Source: Bacteroidota bacterium | GTDB taxonomy: Bacteria > Bacteroidota > Bacteroidia > Chitinophagales > Chitinophagaceae | Assembly (NCBI GenBank): GCA_037975885.1 | Contig: JBANFS010000005.1 | Location: 66,504-130,503 of the forward strand | Direction of reading: 5' to 3' | Length of the DNA: 64,000 bases | Part shown: positions 1-9,205 of the stretch, piece after piece | Position numbering within the stretch: position 1 is the first letter of the stretch | Layout of the letters: every line of letters starts with the position of its first letter | The notes under the pieces: model-generated | What the model was told of the DNA's origin: nothing | What the model saw: the letters and a program-made list of their open reading frames with translations, nothing else | Database searches by the model: none | Position numbers and translations under genes: made by a program

Positions 1-1512
1 AATACTTTCAGCAATATTTCTTGTCCTATGTTTTACTTTAAAGCGTGCAAGCATTTCGTAATCATCACCCCCTTCAATGGAATCAATTAAGTGTGGTAAA
101 TAGTACCAGCCTTTGTTGGCAATGATGGCCATTACATTGGCTAGTTGAGTAAGGGTTGTTGTAATTTCTCCTTGTCCAATGGAGTTAGAAATAATATTAC
201 ATGCCTGCCAATTTTTACCAAATATTTTCTGGTAATATTTGGCGGTAGGGATGTTGCCCATTCTTTCTGAAGGAAGGTCTACCCCTAGTTTTTTTCCAAG
301 CCCAAATGAATAAGCGTATTCGTTAAAGAGACCAAGGGTTATATCTCTATTATTAACTTTTGCATTGTCTAATATTCTACGAAAAGCAACTGCAAAATAA
401 CTATTGCATGATTTTGAAATAGCAGGCTTTAATGTAAATGTACCAGCAGCGTGACATCCCATTCTTCTACCGCAACCTAAATAACTACCACCACAACTTA
501 CCGTCATTTGATCATCAATCACACCTTCTGCCATACCAATTATACCTACCAGTGTTTTAAAGGTAGAGCCCGGAGAGTAGGTGGTACTAACGGTTCTATT
601 CAGTAATGGTTTTCTAGGATCAAAGTACATCATGTCAACCAAATGCTTTTTTCTTTGGTTACCCGTTAGGTAATTGGGGTTATAGGTAGGCGCGCTAACC
701 ATACATAAAATGCCGCCTGTTTTTGGATCTATTGCAACAATACTACCCACTTTATTTTCCATCAGCTTCTCGCCAAGCTTTTGGAGTTCTACATCGATAC
801 TCGAGTATAAATTTTTTCCGGCTATAGCGGCTGTGTCAAACTCTCCTTTTTCCCAAGGCCCCTGAATTCTTCCTTTATTGTCTCTGATAAAACGCTTGAT
901 GCCGCGCTGACCCATAAGTACTTTTTCGTAACTATTTTCAAGTCCAGTAGTGCCAAAGTAGTCACCCATTTCGTAACCTTCATCTTTATGTCTGCGTAAA
1001 AACCCCGTATCTACTTCTGCTGTGTAACCCAACACTGCAGCGCCGCAATCGTATGGATAAGAACGCACCGATCTTTCACTGAGCGTAAAGCCAGGAAAAC
1101 GGTACATGTTTTCGTTGAGGCGTGCAAAATTTTCGGTGGTGAGTAAGGGTTCAAATACACTTGGTTTAACAGCCCCATTTTTAAAAATTAAATCACGCAT
1201 TCTTTTTTTATAAGTGGCGGTATCTATATTTAATAAGGCACAAAGTGCAAGGGTGTCTGTCCCTTTAGATTCTGCGGGGATCACTACCAAATCGTAACTA
1301 ATGGTATTTTCAAGAATGGCTCTTTTTTTTCTGTCAAAAATGATTCCCCTATCTGGATAAATCACTTTACGGTAAAAGGCATTGTTGTCTGCAGCCATTT
1401 TGTATTTTGTTGAAAATACCTGAAGGTTAATGAGCTGAAGGGTAATTAAAACAAAAGCGCCTATAAAAATAAGTTGTACAATTCTACTTCGGTTTTGATT
1501 AAAGGCAGACAT
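1..1512 (-). CDS. mrdA: Penicillin-binding protein 2 (peptidoglycan D,D-transpeptidase), 3' end truncated by the window edge
   Basis: Not in the ORF track. Hand translation from ATG at 1512 gives MSAFNQNRSRIVQLIFIG... with an N-terminal TM helix, RGIIFDR dimerisation motif, SxxK (SPGSTFK) and SxN (SCN). The frame is open to position 1 and lies downstream of mreBCD. Confidence 0.93.
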   Translation of the reverse strand, partial: MSAFNQNRSRIVQLIFIGAFVLITLQLINLQVFSTKYKMAADNNAFYRKVIYPDRGIIFDRKKRAILENTISYDLVVIPAESKGTDTLALCALLNIDTATYKKRMRDLIFKNGAVKPSVFEPLLTTENFARLNENMYRFPGFTLSERSVRSYPYDCGAAVLGYTAEVDTGFLRRHKDEGYEMGDYFGTTGLENSYEKVLMGQRGIKRFIRDNKGRIQGPWEKGEFDTAAIAGKNLYSSIDVELQKLGEKLMENKVGSIVAIDPKTGGILCMVSAPTYNPNYLTGNQRKKHLVDMMYFDPRKPLLNRTVSTTYSPGSTFKTLVGIIGMAEGVIDDQMTVSCGGSYLGCGRRMGCHAAGTFTLKPAISKSCNSYFAVAFRRILDNAKVNNRDITLGLFNEYAYSFGLGKKLGVDLPSERMGNIPTAKYYQKIFGKNWQACNIISNSIGQGEITTTLTQLANVMAIIANKGWYYLPHLIDSIEGGDDYEMLARFKVKHRTRNIAESI

Positions 1513-1623
1513 AGGAGCTTGGAAAAATAATTCAACTAAAATGTATTGCAAATTTGATGTAACAAAGCCAACAATACATCATTTTGTCAAAAAAAACTTA
1601 TGCATACTTGTGGACAGTAGAAA

Positions 1624-2157
1624 CTAGGCTGCGTTGGTTCTGTACTTGCCTTTTCTTAAAAAAAGAAGTTCAGAAAGTACAATCATCATAAAGCTTACAA
1701 GCGTAGTGCCAATGACTTTACCTAAAAAGTACACAAAGTCTCCAAATTGAAGCCATTCGATAAGCACCAAGTAAAAATGGTGGATAAATGTTAGCAGTCC
1801 TACATAAACCGCGTAAGGTGCCCAACCCATACTGTTTACACCCGGCTCGGCGTAGCTTTGTTCTATGGTTTCTTGCGGTAATAGTAGGTTTAAAAGGTAG
1901 GGTCTGATATAAGCGATAAGCACGCAGGGAGCGGCATGCAGCCCGGCAGTACCGGTAAAATAATCTAATGAAAGGCCAAACAAGAAAGCAACAATGAGGA
2001 GCGAAAACCTGTTCATAGAAAACGGCAACCAAAGTATATACAAGAAATATAAGTAGGGAATGATAAAACGGTGCACGGGCGGCACTTCGTTGAGTACCAC
2101 AATTTGAAGTAACAGAAACAGCGCAAACCGAATGATATTTTTAAGTAAGCTATTCAC
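1624..2157 (-). CDS. mreD: Rod shape-determining protein MreD
   Basis: 177-aa polytopic membrane protein between mreC and mrdA; GLSLDYF..GLHAA pattern. Confidence 0.85.
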   Translation of the reverse strand: MNSLLKNIIRFALFLLLQIVVLNEVPPVHRFIIPYLYFLYILWLPFSMNRFSLLIVAFLFGLSLDYFTGTAGLHAAPCVLIAYIRPYLLNLLLPQETIEQSYAEPGVNSMGWAPYAVYVGLLTFIHHFYLVLIEWLQFGDFVYFLGKVIGTTLVSFMMIVLSELLFLRKGKYRTNAA

Positions 2158-3004
2158 GTGTCTTTGAATTGTTGTTTTCTATATCAAATTGCTCTTGGTA
2201 GCGAAGGTTCTCTACAAGGTATACAAACTGAACCGTAAAAAAGTTAACGGCTGTTTTAATTTTAAGGGTATAAAAATTACTAGAAGGGTCGGCGTCTATC
2301 TCAGCTACCTTGCCCACTATTTGGTATGGCGGGAAGTTTGCTGAGTAAGTGCTCGTAACAACCGTATCTCCTTTTACCACTTTAGCCCCCTTAGAAACGT
2401 TTCGTAAAAGCAGGTAATATGGACTAGCTCCATCCCATTCGATGCTACCCGCGTTATTGTCTTTTTTAAGCATAGCACTAACCCTGCTGTTGCGGTGAAG
2501 AAGACTCATAACCTTACTTGTATTGTCAGATACTTCAACTACAACACCAACAATGCCTTCTGGACTTACTGCTGCCATACCTTTTTTTACACCTTGTAAA
2601 CGGCCGCGTTCAAGTGTTAAAAAATTGGTTTGTAAAGAAACGGTATTGCCAATTACTTTAGCCGGAAGCCAATTGTATTTTCTAAATTTATTGAGCGAGT
2701 CTTTGTATACCGAATCGGTTACAATTTGTATACTAGAATCTGGTACTGATATATTTGAACGTAGTAAATTTAAAAGACGCGCATTTTCGAGTGCTAATTG
2801 TTGATTGGTTTCTCTTAAAAAAAAGTAGCCACGCATATTGTAATAGCGCTCATTAATTTTTGAAGTTGCGTCACTCATTTTCGCAGAAAAAAAAGTTTGA
2901 TGCGAAGTGCTTGCCTTAGTAAGCATATAAATGGAAGCTATTTGCAATAGCAAAAAGCTAAGTAATGTAAAATGCCTACGAATGAAATCAAAAATATTTT
3001 TCAA
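2150..3004 (-). CDS. mreC: Rod shape-determining protein MreC
   Basis: N-terminal TM helix, coiled coil (QQLALENARL), GIVGVV and GDTVVTS beta-domain motifs; follows mreB. Confidence 0.92.
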   Translation of the reverse strand: MKNIFDFIRRHFTLLSFLLLQIASIYMLTKASTSHQTFFSAKMSDATSKINERYYNMRGYFFLRETNQQLALENARLLNLLRSNISVPDSSIQIVTDSVYKDSLNKFRKYNWLPAKVIGNTVSLQTNFLTLERGRLQGVKKGMAAVSPEGIVGVVVEVSDNTSKVMSLLHRNSRVSAMLKKDNNAGSIEWDGASPYYLLLRNVSKGAKVVKGDTVVTSTYSANFPPYQIVGKVAEIDADPSSNFYTLKIKTAVNFFTVQFVYLVENLRYQEQFDIENNNSKTRE

Positions 3005-3013
3005 GGTAAATTA

Positions 3014-4039
3014 TTAGCGCATGATGAACGGAAAACGCTGATAATTTTTAAGTGCTAAACCGGTACCGCGCACAACACTCTTAAGAGGGTCTTCTGCAAC
3101 GTGAACAGGTAATTTAATTTTTGCACTTAATCTTTTATCGAGCCCACGTAGTAAAGCACCACCACCTGTGAGGTATAATCCGCGGCGATAAATATCCGCA
3201 GCAAGCTCTGGTGGCGTGGTTTCTAGGGCTTTTAAGATCGCTTCTTCAATTTTAAAAATACTCTTATCAAGTGCTTCAGCGATCTCTTGGTAACTCACCA
3301 TAATTTGTTTAGGAATACCTGTTACAAGGTCTCTACCATTTACTGGTAAATCATCTGGTGGATTGTCTAAATCTTTCATGGCAGCGCCCACATTAATTTT
3401 AATTTGCTCTGCTGTACGCTCACCAATTAATAAACTATGATAACGGCGAAGTGCCTCCATAATGTCTGCGGTAAATTCATCACCTGCTACACGAATACTT
3501 TGATCACACACGATACCTGCAAGTGCAATAACGGTAATACCTGTTGTACCACCTCCAATATCAATGATCATATTTCCTACTGGTTCTTCAACATCTATAC
3601 CAATACCTAGAGCAGCTGCCATAGGTTCGTGAATCATATAAACTTCTTTAGCACCTGCTTGTTCTGCAGAATCTCTTACGGCACGTTTTTCAACTTCGGT
3701 GATAGAAGAAGGAATACAAATTACCATACGCCAGCTTGGAGGGAACAATGGTTTTTTAGGGTAGATCATTTTCATCATCTCCCGAATCATTAATTCCGCT
3801 GCGTTAAAATCTGCAATTACACCATCTTTTAATGGACGAATGGTTCGAATGCTCTCATGCGTTTTTTCGTGCATCATGAGTGCCTTTTTACCAACTGCCA
3901 AAACTTCCTTTAAATTATTACGATTAAGGGCAACGATTGAAGGCTCGTTAACCACTACTTCATCATTGTGGATAATAAGGGTATTAGCAGTCCCCAAATC
4001 CATTGCAATTTCTTGCGTAAAAAAGTTAAATAATCCCAT
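3014..4039 (-). CDS. mreB: Actin-like rod shape protein MreB
   Basis: DLGTANT, EPMAAALG, DIGGGTT and LTGGGALL actin-fold motifs. Confidence 0.97.
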   Translation of the reverse strand: MGLFNFFTQEIAMDLGTANTLIIHNDEVVVNEPSIVALNRNNLKEVLAVGKKALMMHEKTHESIRTIRPLKDGVIADFNAAELMIREMMKMIYPKKPLFPPSWRMVICIPSSITEVEKRAVRDSAEQAGAKEVYMIHEPMAAALGIGIDVEEPVGNMIIDIGGGTTGITVIALAGIVCDQSIRVAGDEFTADIMEALRRYHSLLIGERTAEQIKINVGAAMKDLDNPPDDLPVNGRDLVTGIPKQIMVSYQEIAEALDKSIFKIEEAILKALETTPPELAADIYRRGLYLTGGGALLRGLDKRLSAKIKLPVHVAEDPLKSVVRGTGLALKNYQRFPFIMR

Positions 4040-4132
4040 GGTATAATGCGTAAAGCTTGAGTAAATGTATTACTACAAAGGTGCTTGAAATAAATGGAAA
4101 TAACAAAGCCTATTCTTACGAATTTTATCTGC

Positions 4133-5422
4133 TTATTTATTTTCAAATTCGTAGCCAATATCGCCTCTAAAATTCATGCCTTCAAATTCAATTTTTTGAA
4201 GACGCTGGGTGGCCGTTTTTACCGCTTCGCTAATATTTTCGCCATAGGCAGTAACGGCTAAAACCCTTCCCCCACTTGTAACAACGGCATTTTGACCCAG
4301 TGCAGTACCGGCCTGAAATACAAGGGTGTTTGGCGTATCGTTAACAGTTTCTAGTCCTTTAATGACCTTGTTTTTTTGGTAGCTACCAGGGTAGCCACCA
4401 CTAACTGCCATTATGGTGGCGCAGCTTCTGGTGTCGTAACTTATATTAGCATCAATTAAAGTCCCATTATCCATGGCTGCAAAAAGAGCCACTAAATCAG
4501 TTTGTAAGCGCGGCATCACCACTTCCGTTTCTGGATCGCCCATACGGCAGTTGTATTCGATTACATAGGGTTCCCCCTCTACATTCATGAGGCCAAAAAA
4601 TACAAAGCCATGGTAGCAAAGTTCTTCCTGAGCAAGACCGTTAATGGTAGGTTTAACAATGCGATCTTCAACTTTTTGCATAAAAACATCGTCCATAAAA
4701 GGAACAGGGCTCACACAGCCCATACCACCGGTATTAAGGCCTGTGTCGCCTTCTCCTATTCGTTTGTAGTCTTTGGCGTGACCAATAATTTGGTAGTCCA
4801 TACCATTGGTAAGTGCAAAAACACTCACTTCTATTCCAGATAAAAATTGTTCAATCACTACACGGCTGCTGGCTTCACCAAACTGCTTATTTACAAGCAT
4901 TTCGTCAAAGGTTTCAAGCGCCTCTTGATGCGTGGTTGCAATTACAACCCCTTTTCCAGCTGCTAAACCGTCGGCTTTTAGTACGATGGGAAGGGTGTGC
5001 GCAGCAATGTATGTTTTGCCTTCTTCTATGTTTTCTAAAGTAAATTCTGCGTAGGCGGCCGTAGGGATTTGGTGGCGCTGCATAAACTTCTTACTAAATG
5101 CTTTGCTGCCTTCTAATTGGGCTGCTTTCGCAGAAGGTCCCACCACAATAATTTCCCTAAGTGCGGGATCCGCCTCAAAAAAATCATAAATACCTTTTAC
5201 AAGAGGCTCCTCGGGTCCTACTACCACAAGTCCAATTTGATGCGTGATGCATGCGGCTTTAATACCCTCAAAATCAGTAACTGAAATATCTAGATTGGTT
5301 CCAATGCCTGCTGTACCTGGGTTTCCGGGTGCAATATATAGCTCGTTGCAATGATGACTTTGTGACATTTTCCAAGCAAGCGCATGTTCTCTTCCGCCAG
5401 AACCAAGTAGTAAAATATTCAT
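4133..5422 (-). CDS. purD: Phosphoribosylamine--glycine ligase
   Basis: MNILLLGSGGREHA start, KADGLAAGKGV, GLNTGGMG, EYNCRMGDPE. Start placed at 5422, not 5470, because a -7 promoter element lies at 5446-5453. Confidence 0.96.
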   Translation of the reverse strand: MNILLLGSGGREHALAWKMSQSHHCNELYIAPGNPGTAGIGTNLDISVTDFEGIKAACITHQIGLVVVGPEEPLVKGIYDFFEADPALREIIVVGPSAKAAQLEGSKAFSKKFMQRHQIPTAAYAEFTLENIEEGKTYIAAHTLPIVLKADGLAAGKGVVIATTHQEALETFDEMLVNKQFGEASSRVVIEQFLSGIEVSVFALTNGMDYQIIGHAKDYKRIGEGDTGLNTGGMGCVSPVPFMDDVFMQKVEDRIVKPTINGLAQEELCYHGFVFFGLMNVEGEPYVIEYNCRMGDPETEVVMPRLQTDLVALFAAMDNGTLIDANISYDTRSCATIMAVSGGYPGSYQKNKVIKGLETVNDTPNTLVFQAGTALGQNAVVTSGGRVLAVTAYGENISEAVKTATQRLQKIEFEGMNFRGDIGYEFENK

Positions 5423-5445
5423 AGTAATAGGTATAAATGGGTAGG

Positions 5446-5453
5446 CAAAAGTA
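5446..5453 (-). promoter_or_regulatory. Bacteroidota sigma-A -7 element (TACTTTTG) upstream of purD
   Basis: Exact TAnnTTTG match 23 nt upstream of the purD ATG. Confidence 0.55.
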
Positions 5454-5554
5454 TCATTTTCGCCGCTCATTTATGCGGGTGTTTCGCAGTAAAGATTTTA
5501 TTGCTATTTTACAGCACCGGAAAATCAATAGTTTACAACGATAACGAGCCATTT

Positions 5555-7054
5555 ATGAATCAAACTATTTCTCAGAAAGGTCACCCTAAAGGATTGTATG
5601 TACTTTTTGCCACAGAAATGTGGGAGCGCTTTAACTATTATGGTATGCGTGCCATATTGGTCCTGTTTATGACTAAGGCACTCATGTTTGACAAGATTTT
5701 TGCTTCTAATATATATGGTAGTTATACAGGATTAGTTTTTTTGACACCACTAGTGGGCGGTTATGTAGCTGATAGGTATTGGGGCAATAAGCGTTCTATT
5801 ATTTTAGGAGGATTGGTGATGGCTATTGGCGAGTTTGTTTTATTTTTTTGCGGCTCTATGTATAAGACTAATCCAGAAATTGCTGGGTTGTTGTTTTTTG
5901 CAGGTCTGGGGCTCATGATAGCAGGCAATGGATTTTTTAAGCCCAATATTTCTGCCATGGTGGGGCAGTTGTATCCCGAAAATGATAAACGAAAAGATTC
6001 GGCGTACACTATATTTTATATGGGTATCAATACGGGTGGTGCCATTGGCCCCTTCGTGTGCGGATTTTTTGGTGACACGGGTAACCCCGCCGATTTTAAA
6101 TGGGCATTTTTAGCTGCTGGAATAGGGATGTTATTGAGTGTTTTGGTAATGCACTTTTTCCATAATAAATATGTAGTAGATCAAAATAATCAAGTCCTAG
6201 GTTTAACACCAAAAGATGCGCCAGCTGCTGCCAATAAACCATTGTATGTGTTTGGCGGCTTATTTATTTTTTCGTTGATCTCAGTTGCACTGATATATGT
6301 AGAAGCCAATGTATTTAGTTATTTATTTTATTTATTACTTGGCTCCATTTCACTTATTGCGTTTTTAATTTTTTCTGATAAAACATTAAGTGCTTTAGAA
6401 AAGAAAAAAGTTTCTGTCATTTTTGTAGTATCATTTTTTGTGATATTTTTTTGGAGTGCTTTTGAGCAAGCGGGCGCTTCCCTTACTTTTTTTGCAGAAG
6501 AGCAAACCAATCGTACACTCGGTTCTTATACCATACCTTCTAGTTTTTTCCAATCAATGAATTCCACTTTTGTTGTGGCATTTGCTCCGCTATTTGCATG
6601 GCTTTGGTTAAAGCTTGGAAAATTTGAACCAGGCTCTCCAGCTAAAATGGCACTCGGATTATTTTTATTAGCACTTGGTTATTTATGGATTGCATTTGGG
6701 GTACACAATGTGGCACCTGGTGTTAAAGTAAGTATGATTTGGCTTACGGGTATGTATGCGCTTCATACTTGTGGAGAGCTTTGTTTATCGCCTATTGGAC
6801 TATCACTTGTAAATAAATTAGCCCCTGTTAAATTTGCATCTTTGCTAATGGCCGTATGGTTTACAGCTAATGCATTTGCCAATAAATTTGCAGGGCTGTT
6901 AAGTGGTTTATATCCAGATGGTAAAACAACGTATTTTGCTGGCTATGCCATCACCAATTTATTTGACTTTTTTATTTTATTTGTTGCAATGGCAGGCACC
7001 GCTGCATTCGTTTTATTTTTAATTGCACGTAAGCTAAAAAACATGATGGACTAA
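5555..7054 (+). CDS. POT/PTR family proton-dependent di/tripeptide transporter (MFS)
   Basis: GHPKGLYVLFATEMWERFNYYGMR (ExxERFxYY), GNGFFKPNIS, FYMGINTG and ELCLSPIGLS motifs; likely start MNQTISQKG at 5555. Confidence 0.93.
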   Translation: MNQTISQKGHPKGLYVLFATEMWERFNYYGMRAILVLFMTKALMFDKIFASNIYGSYTGLVFLTPLVGGYVADRYWGNKRSIILGGLVMAIGEFVLFFCGSMYKTNPEIAGLLFFAGLGLMIAGNGFFKPNISAMVGQLYPENDKRKDSAYTIFYMGINTGGAIGPFVCGFFGDTGNPADFKWAFLAAGIGMLLSVLVMHFFHNKYVVDQNNQVLGLTPKDAPAAANKPLYVFGGLFIFSLISVALIYVEANVFSYLFYLLLGSISLIAFLIFSDKTLSALEKKKVSVIFVVSFFVIFFWSAFEQAGASLTFFAEEQTNRTLGSYTIPSSFFQSMNSTFVVAFAPLFAWLWLKLGKFEPGSPAKMALGLFLLALGYLWIAFGVHNVAPGVKVSMIWLTGMYALHTCGELCLSPIGLSLVNKLAPVKFASLLMAVWFTANAFANKFAGLLSGLYPDGKTTYFAGYAITNLFDFFILFVAMAGTAAFVLFLIARKLKNMMD

Positions 7055-7095
7055 TCTATCATGATCCATTTTAAAATTTCTTAAAAACCAACTAT

Positions 7096-9153
7096 ATGTC
7101 TGAGCAAAAAAAAGTTTTTAAACCCTTTATTGCACCTGAAGAAAATGTAAAAGAACTAACCGTTAAATCTATTTTAGTGGGCAGTTTGTTTGGCGTTATT
7201 TTTGGAGCAGCAACCGTTTATCTTGCATTAAAAGCAGGTCTTACCGTATCCGCTTCTATTCCTATTGCAGTAATAGCCATTACACTTGGACGTAAGTTTT
7301 TAAAAACAACGATACTAGAAAATAATATCATTCAAACCACAGGATCTGCTGGTGAAAGTATTGCTGCGGGTGTAGCATTTACCCTTCCTGGATTTTTATT
7401 TTTATCATCACCAGATAGTGCCGAATATTTTAATTACCTCACCATTTTAATTCTTGCTATTATTGGCGGGCTCCTTGGTACACTTCTAATGATTCCGCTG
7501 CGTAAGGCGCTTATTGTTAATGAACATGAAAATCTTCCTTACCCAGAAGGAACGGCTTGTGGCGATGTATTAAAAGCTGGTGAAAAAGGTGGTGATTTTG
7601 CAAAAACAGCTTTTTGGGGATTAGGTGTTGCTTTTGCGTATGCCATTTTGCAAAAAGTATTACATGTGATTGCAGAAACCCCTTATTATGCAACCAAGCA
7701 AATCAATAAATTTTTTCCTTCTGCTAAAGTAAGTGGTGAAATCACACCAGAATATATGGGTGTGGGATATATTATTGGTCCAAAAATTGCAGGCGTACTC
7801 GTTGCGGGTAGTGTACTTAGTTGGATGGTGTTTATTCCACTTTTATCAACCCTTGTACCTGCCGATGTGATTGCGGCGCAACTGGTAAAACTTGGTTACT
7901 TAATGGATCTTGCAAAACCAGGTGGTAAAGGTGGATGGGACCCGGTAACGCATCAGTTTAATGATTATTCGGCAGCTATTTATTATGCCTATATCAGACA
8001 AGTTGGTGCAGGTGCTGTAACGGCGGGTGGTATCATTACTTTGTTAAAAACCATTCCTACGATTGTTAAATCTATCAAAGGAAGTTTTGCTTCTTTACAA
8101 AATAGTAAAGACCCAAGCGCTGCAGCTGTTTTAAGAACCGAAAAAGATTTGAGTTTAAAAGTAGTGGGCATTGGAAGTTTAGCACTTGTTGCACTCATTG
8201 CTGTATTACCGCAAGTGCCTGGTGAAAGCATTTTACAAAAACTATTAATTGGTGTGCTGGTGATTTTATTTGGTGCACTTTTTGTAACCGTATCGTCACG
8301 GATTGTAGGACTTATTGGTTCTTCAAATAACCCAATTAGTGGTATGACCATTGCTACTGTAATGGGCACGAGTTTAATATTTTTAAGTGTAGGCTGGACG
8401 GGCCAAGCATTTGAACCACTTGTACTTGTTGTAGGTGGAATGATATGTATTGCAGCTGCTAACGCGGGCGCTACATCCCAAGATTTAAAAAGCGGTTACA
8501 TTGTTGGAGCTACACCACGCAATCAACAAATTGCACTTTTTGTGGGAGCGATTGTTTCATCGATTGTGATAGGTTTAACGGTTAAATTTTTAGATCGTCC
8601 TACCACCGAAATGATGGAACAGGGTATTCAGCACGCGATTGGTTCTGATAAATATCCAGCACCGCAGGCTACGCTCATGGCTACTTTAATTAAAGGTATT
8701 TTATCACAAAATTTAGATTGGCAATATGTAGTGGTGGGGGTGTTTTTAGCCATCACCATGGAGCTATGCGGTATTAAATCTTTAAGCTTTGCGATTGGTG
8801 TTTATTTGCCACTTGCAACTACACTACCTATATTTATTGGTGGCGCAATTAGAGGTATTGTTGAAGCGAAAGACAAAAAAGCAAACAAGCCAGCTGCAAG
8901 TGCCGAAGACGAAGACTTAAGTAAAGGGTCATTATTTGCAACTGGGCTAGTTGCAGGCGGTGCTGTTGCCGGAGTGCTTATTGCTTTTGCAACGGGTACA
9001 AGTGCAGGCGAAAAGTTTTTGGCATCCATTAGCCTAGAAGAAGGCATTGTACATAGCGTTTCTCAAAATGGATACTTTTTAATTGGTACTTTGTTTTTTG
9101 CTGCCATGGGCGCTATTTTATACAAAGTGGCCACTAAAAAAGCGGATGCATAA
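7096..9153 (+). CDS. OPT family oligopeptide transporter
   Basis: GLTVSASIP, ENNIIQT.GSAGES, LPYPEG.AC, SNNPISGMTIAT, QDLKSG and YPAPQATLM motifs typical of bacterial OPT/YSL-like proteins. Confidence 0.92.
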   Translation: MSEQKKVFKPFIAPEENVKELTVKSILVGSLFGVIFGAATVYLALKAGLTVSASIPIAVIAITLGRKFLKTTILENNIIQTTGSAGESIAAGVAFTLPGFLFLSSPDSAEYFNYLTILILAIIGGLLGTLLMIPLRKALIVNEHENLPYPEGTACGDVLKAGEKGGDFAKTAFWGLGVAFAYAILQKVLHVIAETPYYATKQINKFFPSAKVSGEITPEYMGVGYIIGPKIAGVLVAGSVLSWMVFIPLLSTLVPADVIAAQLVKLGYLMDLAKPGGKGGWDPVTHQFNDYSAAIYYAYIRQVGAGAVTAGGIITLLKTIPTIVKSIKGSFASLQNSKDPSAAAVLRTEKDLSLKVVGIGSLALVALIAVLPQVPGESILQKLLIGVLVILFGALFVTVSSRIVGLIGSSNNPISGMTIATVMGTSLIFLSVGWTGQAFEPLVLVVGGMICIAAANAGATSQDLKSGYIVGATPRNQQIALFVGAIVSSIVIGLTVKFLDRPTTEMMEQGIQHAIGSDKYPAPQATLMATLIKGILSQNLDWQYVVVGVFLAITMELCGIKSLSFAIGVYLPLATTLPIFIGGAIRGIVEAKDKKANKPAASAEDEDLSKGSLFATGLVAGGAVAGVLIAFATGTSAGEKFLASISLEEGIVHSVSQNGYFLIGTLFFAAMGAILYKVATKKADA

Positions 9154-9155
9154 AT

Positions 9156-9187
9156 AAACAGTAAGAGTCATTAAACTTTTACTGTTT
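9156..9187 (+). terminator. AT-rich stem-loop between OPT and DUF1800 (possible weak terminator, processing site or operator)
   Basis: AAACAGTAAGAGT-cattaa-ACTTTTACTGTTT: 13-bp stem with one G-U pair and a 6-nt loop; only a short U-tract. Confidence 0.4.
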
Positions 9188-9205
9188 TAAAGGCTCTAAT
9201 AGAAT

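Noticed and set aside
1541-1579. 8-bp inverted repeat ATGTATTG-N23-CAATACAT between mreD and mrdA
   Set aside because: Long spacer, AT-rich, no terminator features; readily explained by chance
5423-5554. Extended N-termini of purD (5470) and the POT transporter (5501) in the ORF track
   Set aside because: Family homology begins at downstream ATGs (5422, 5555); the extensions overlap the promoter region
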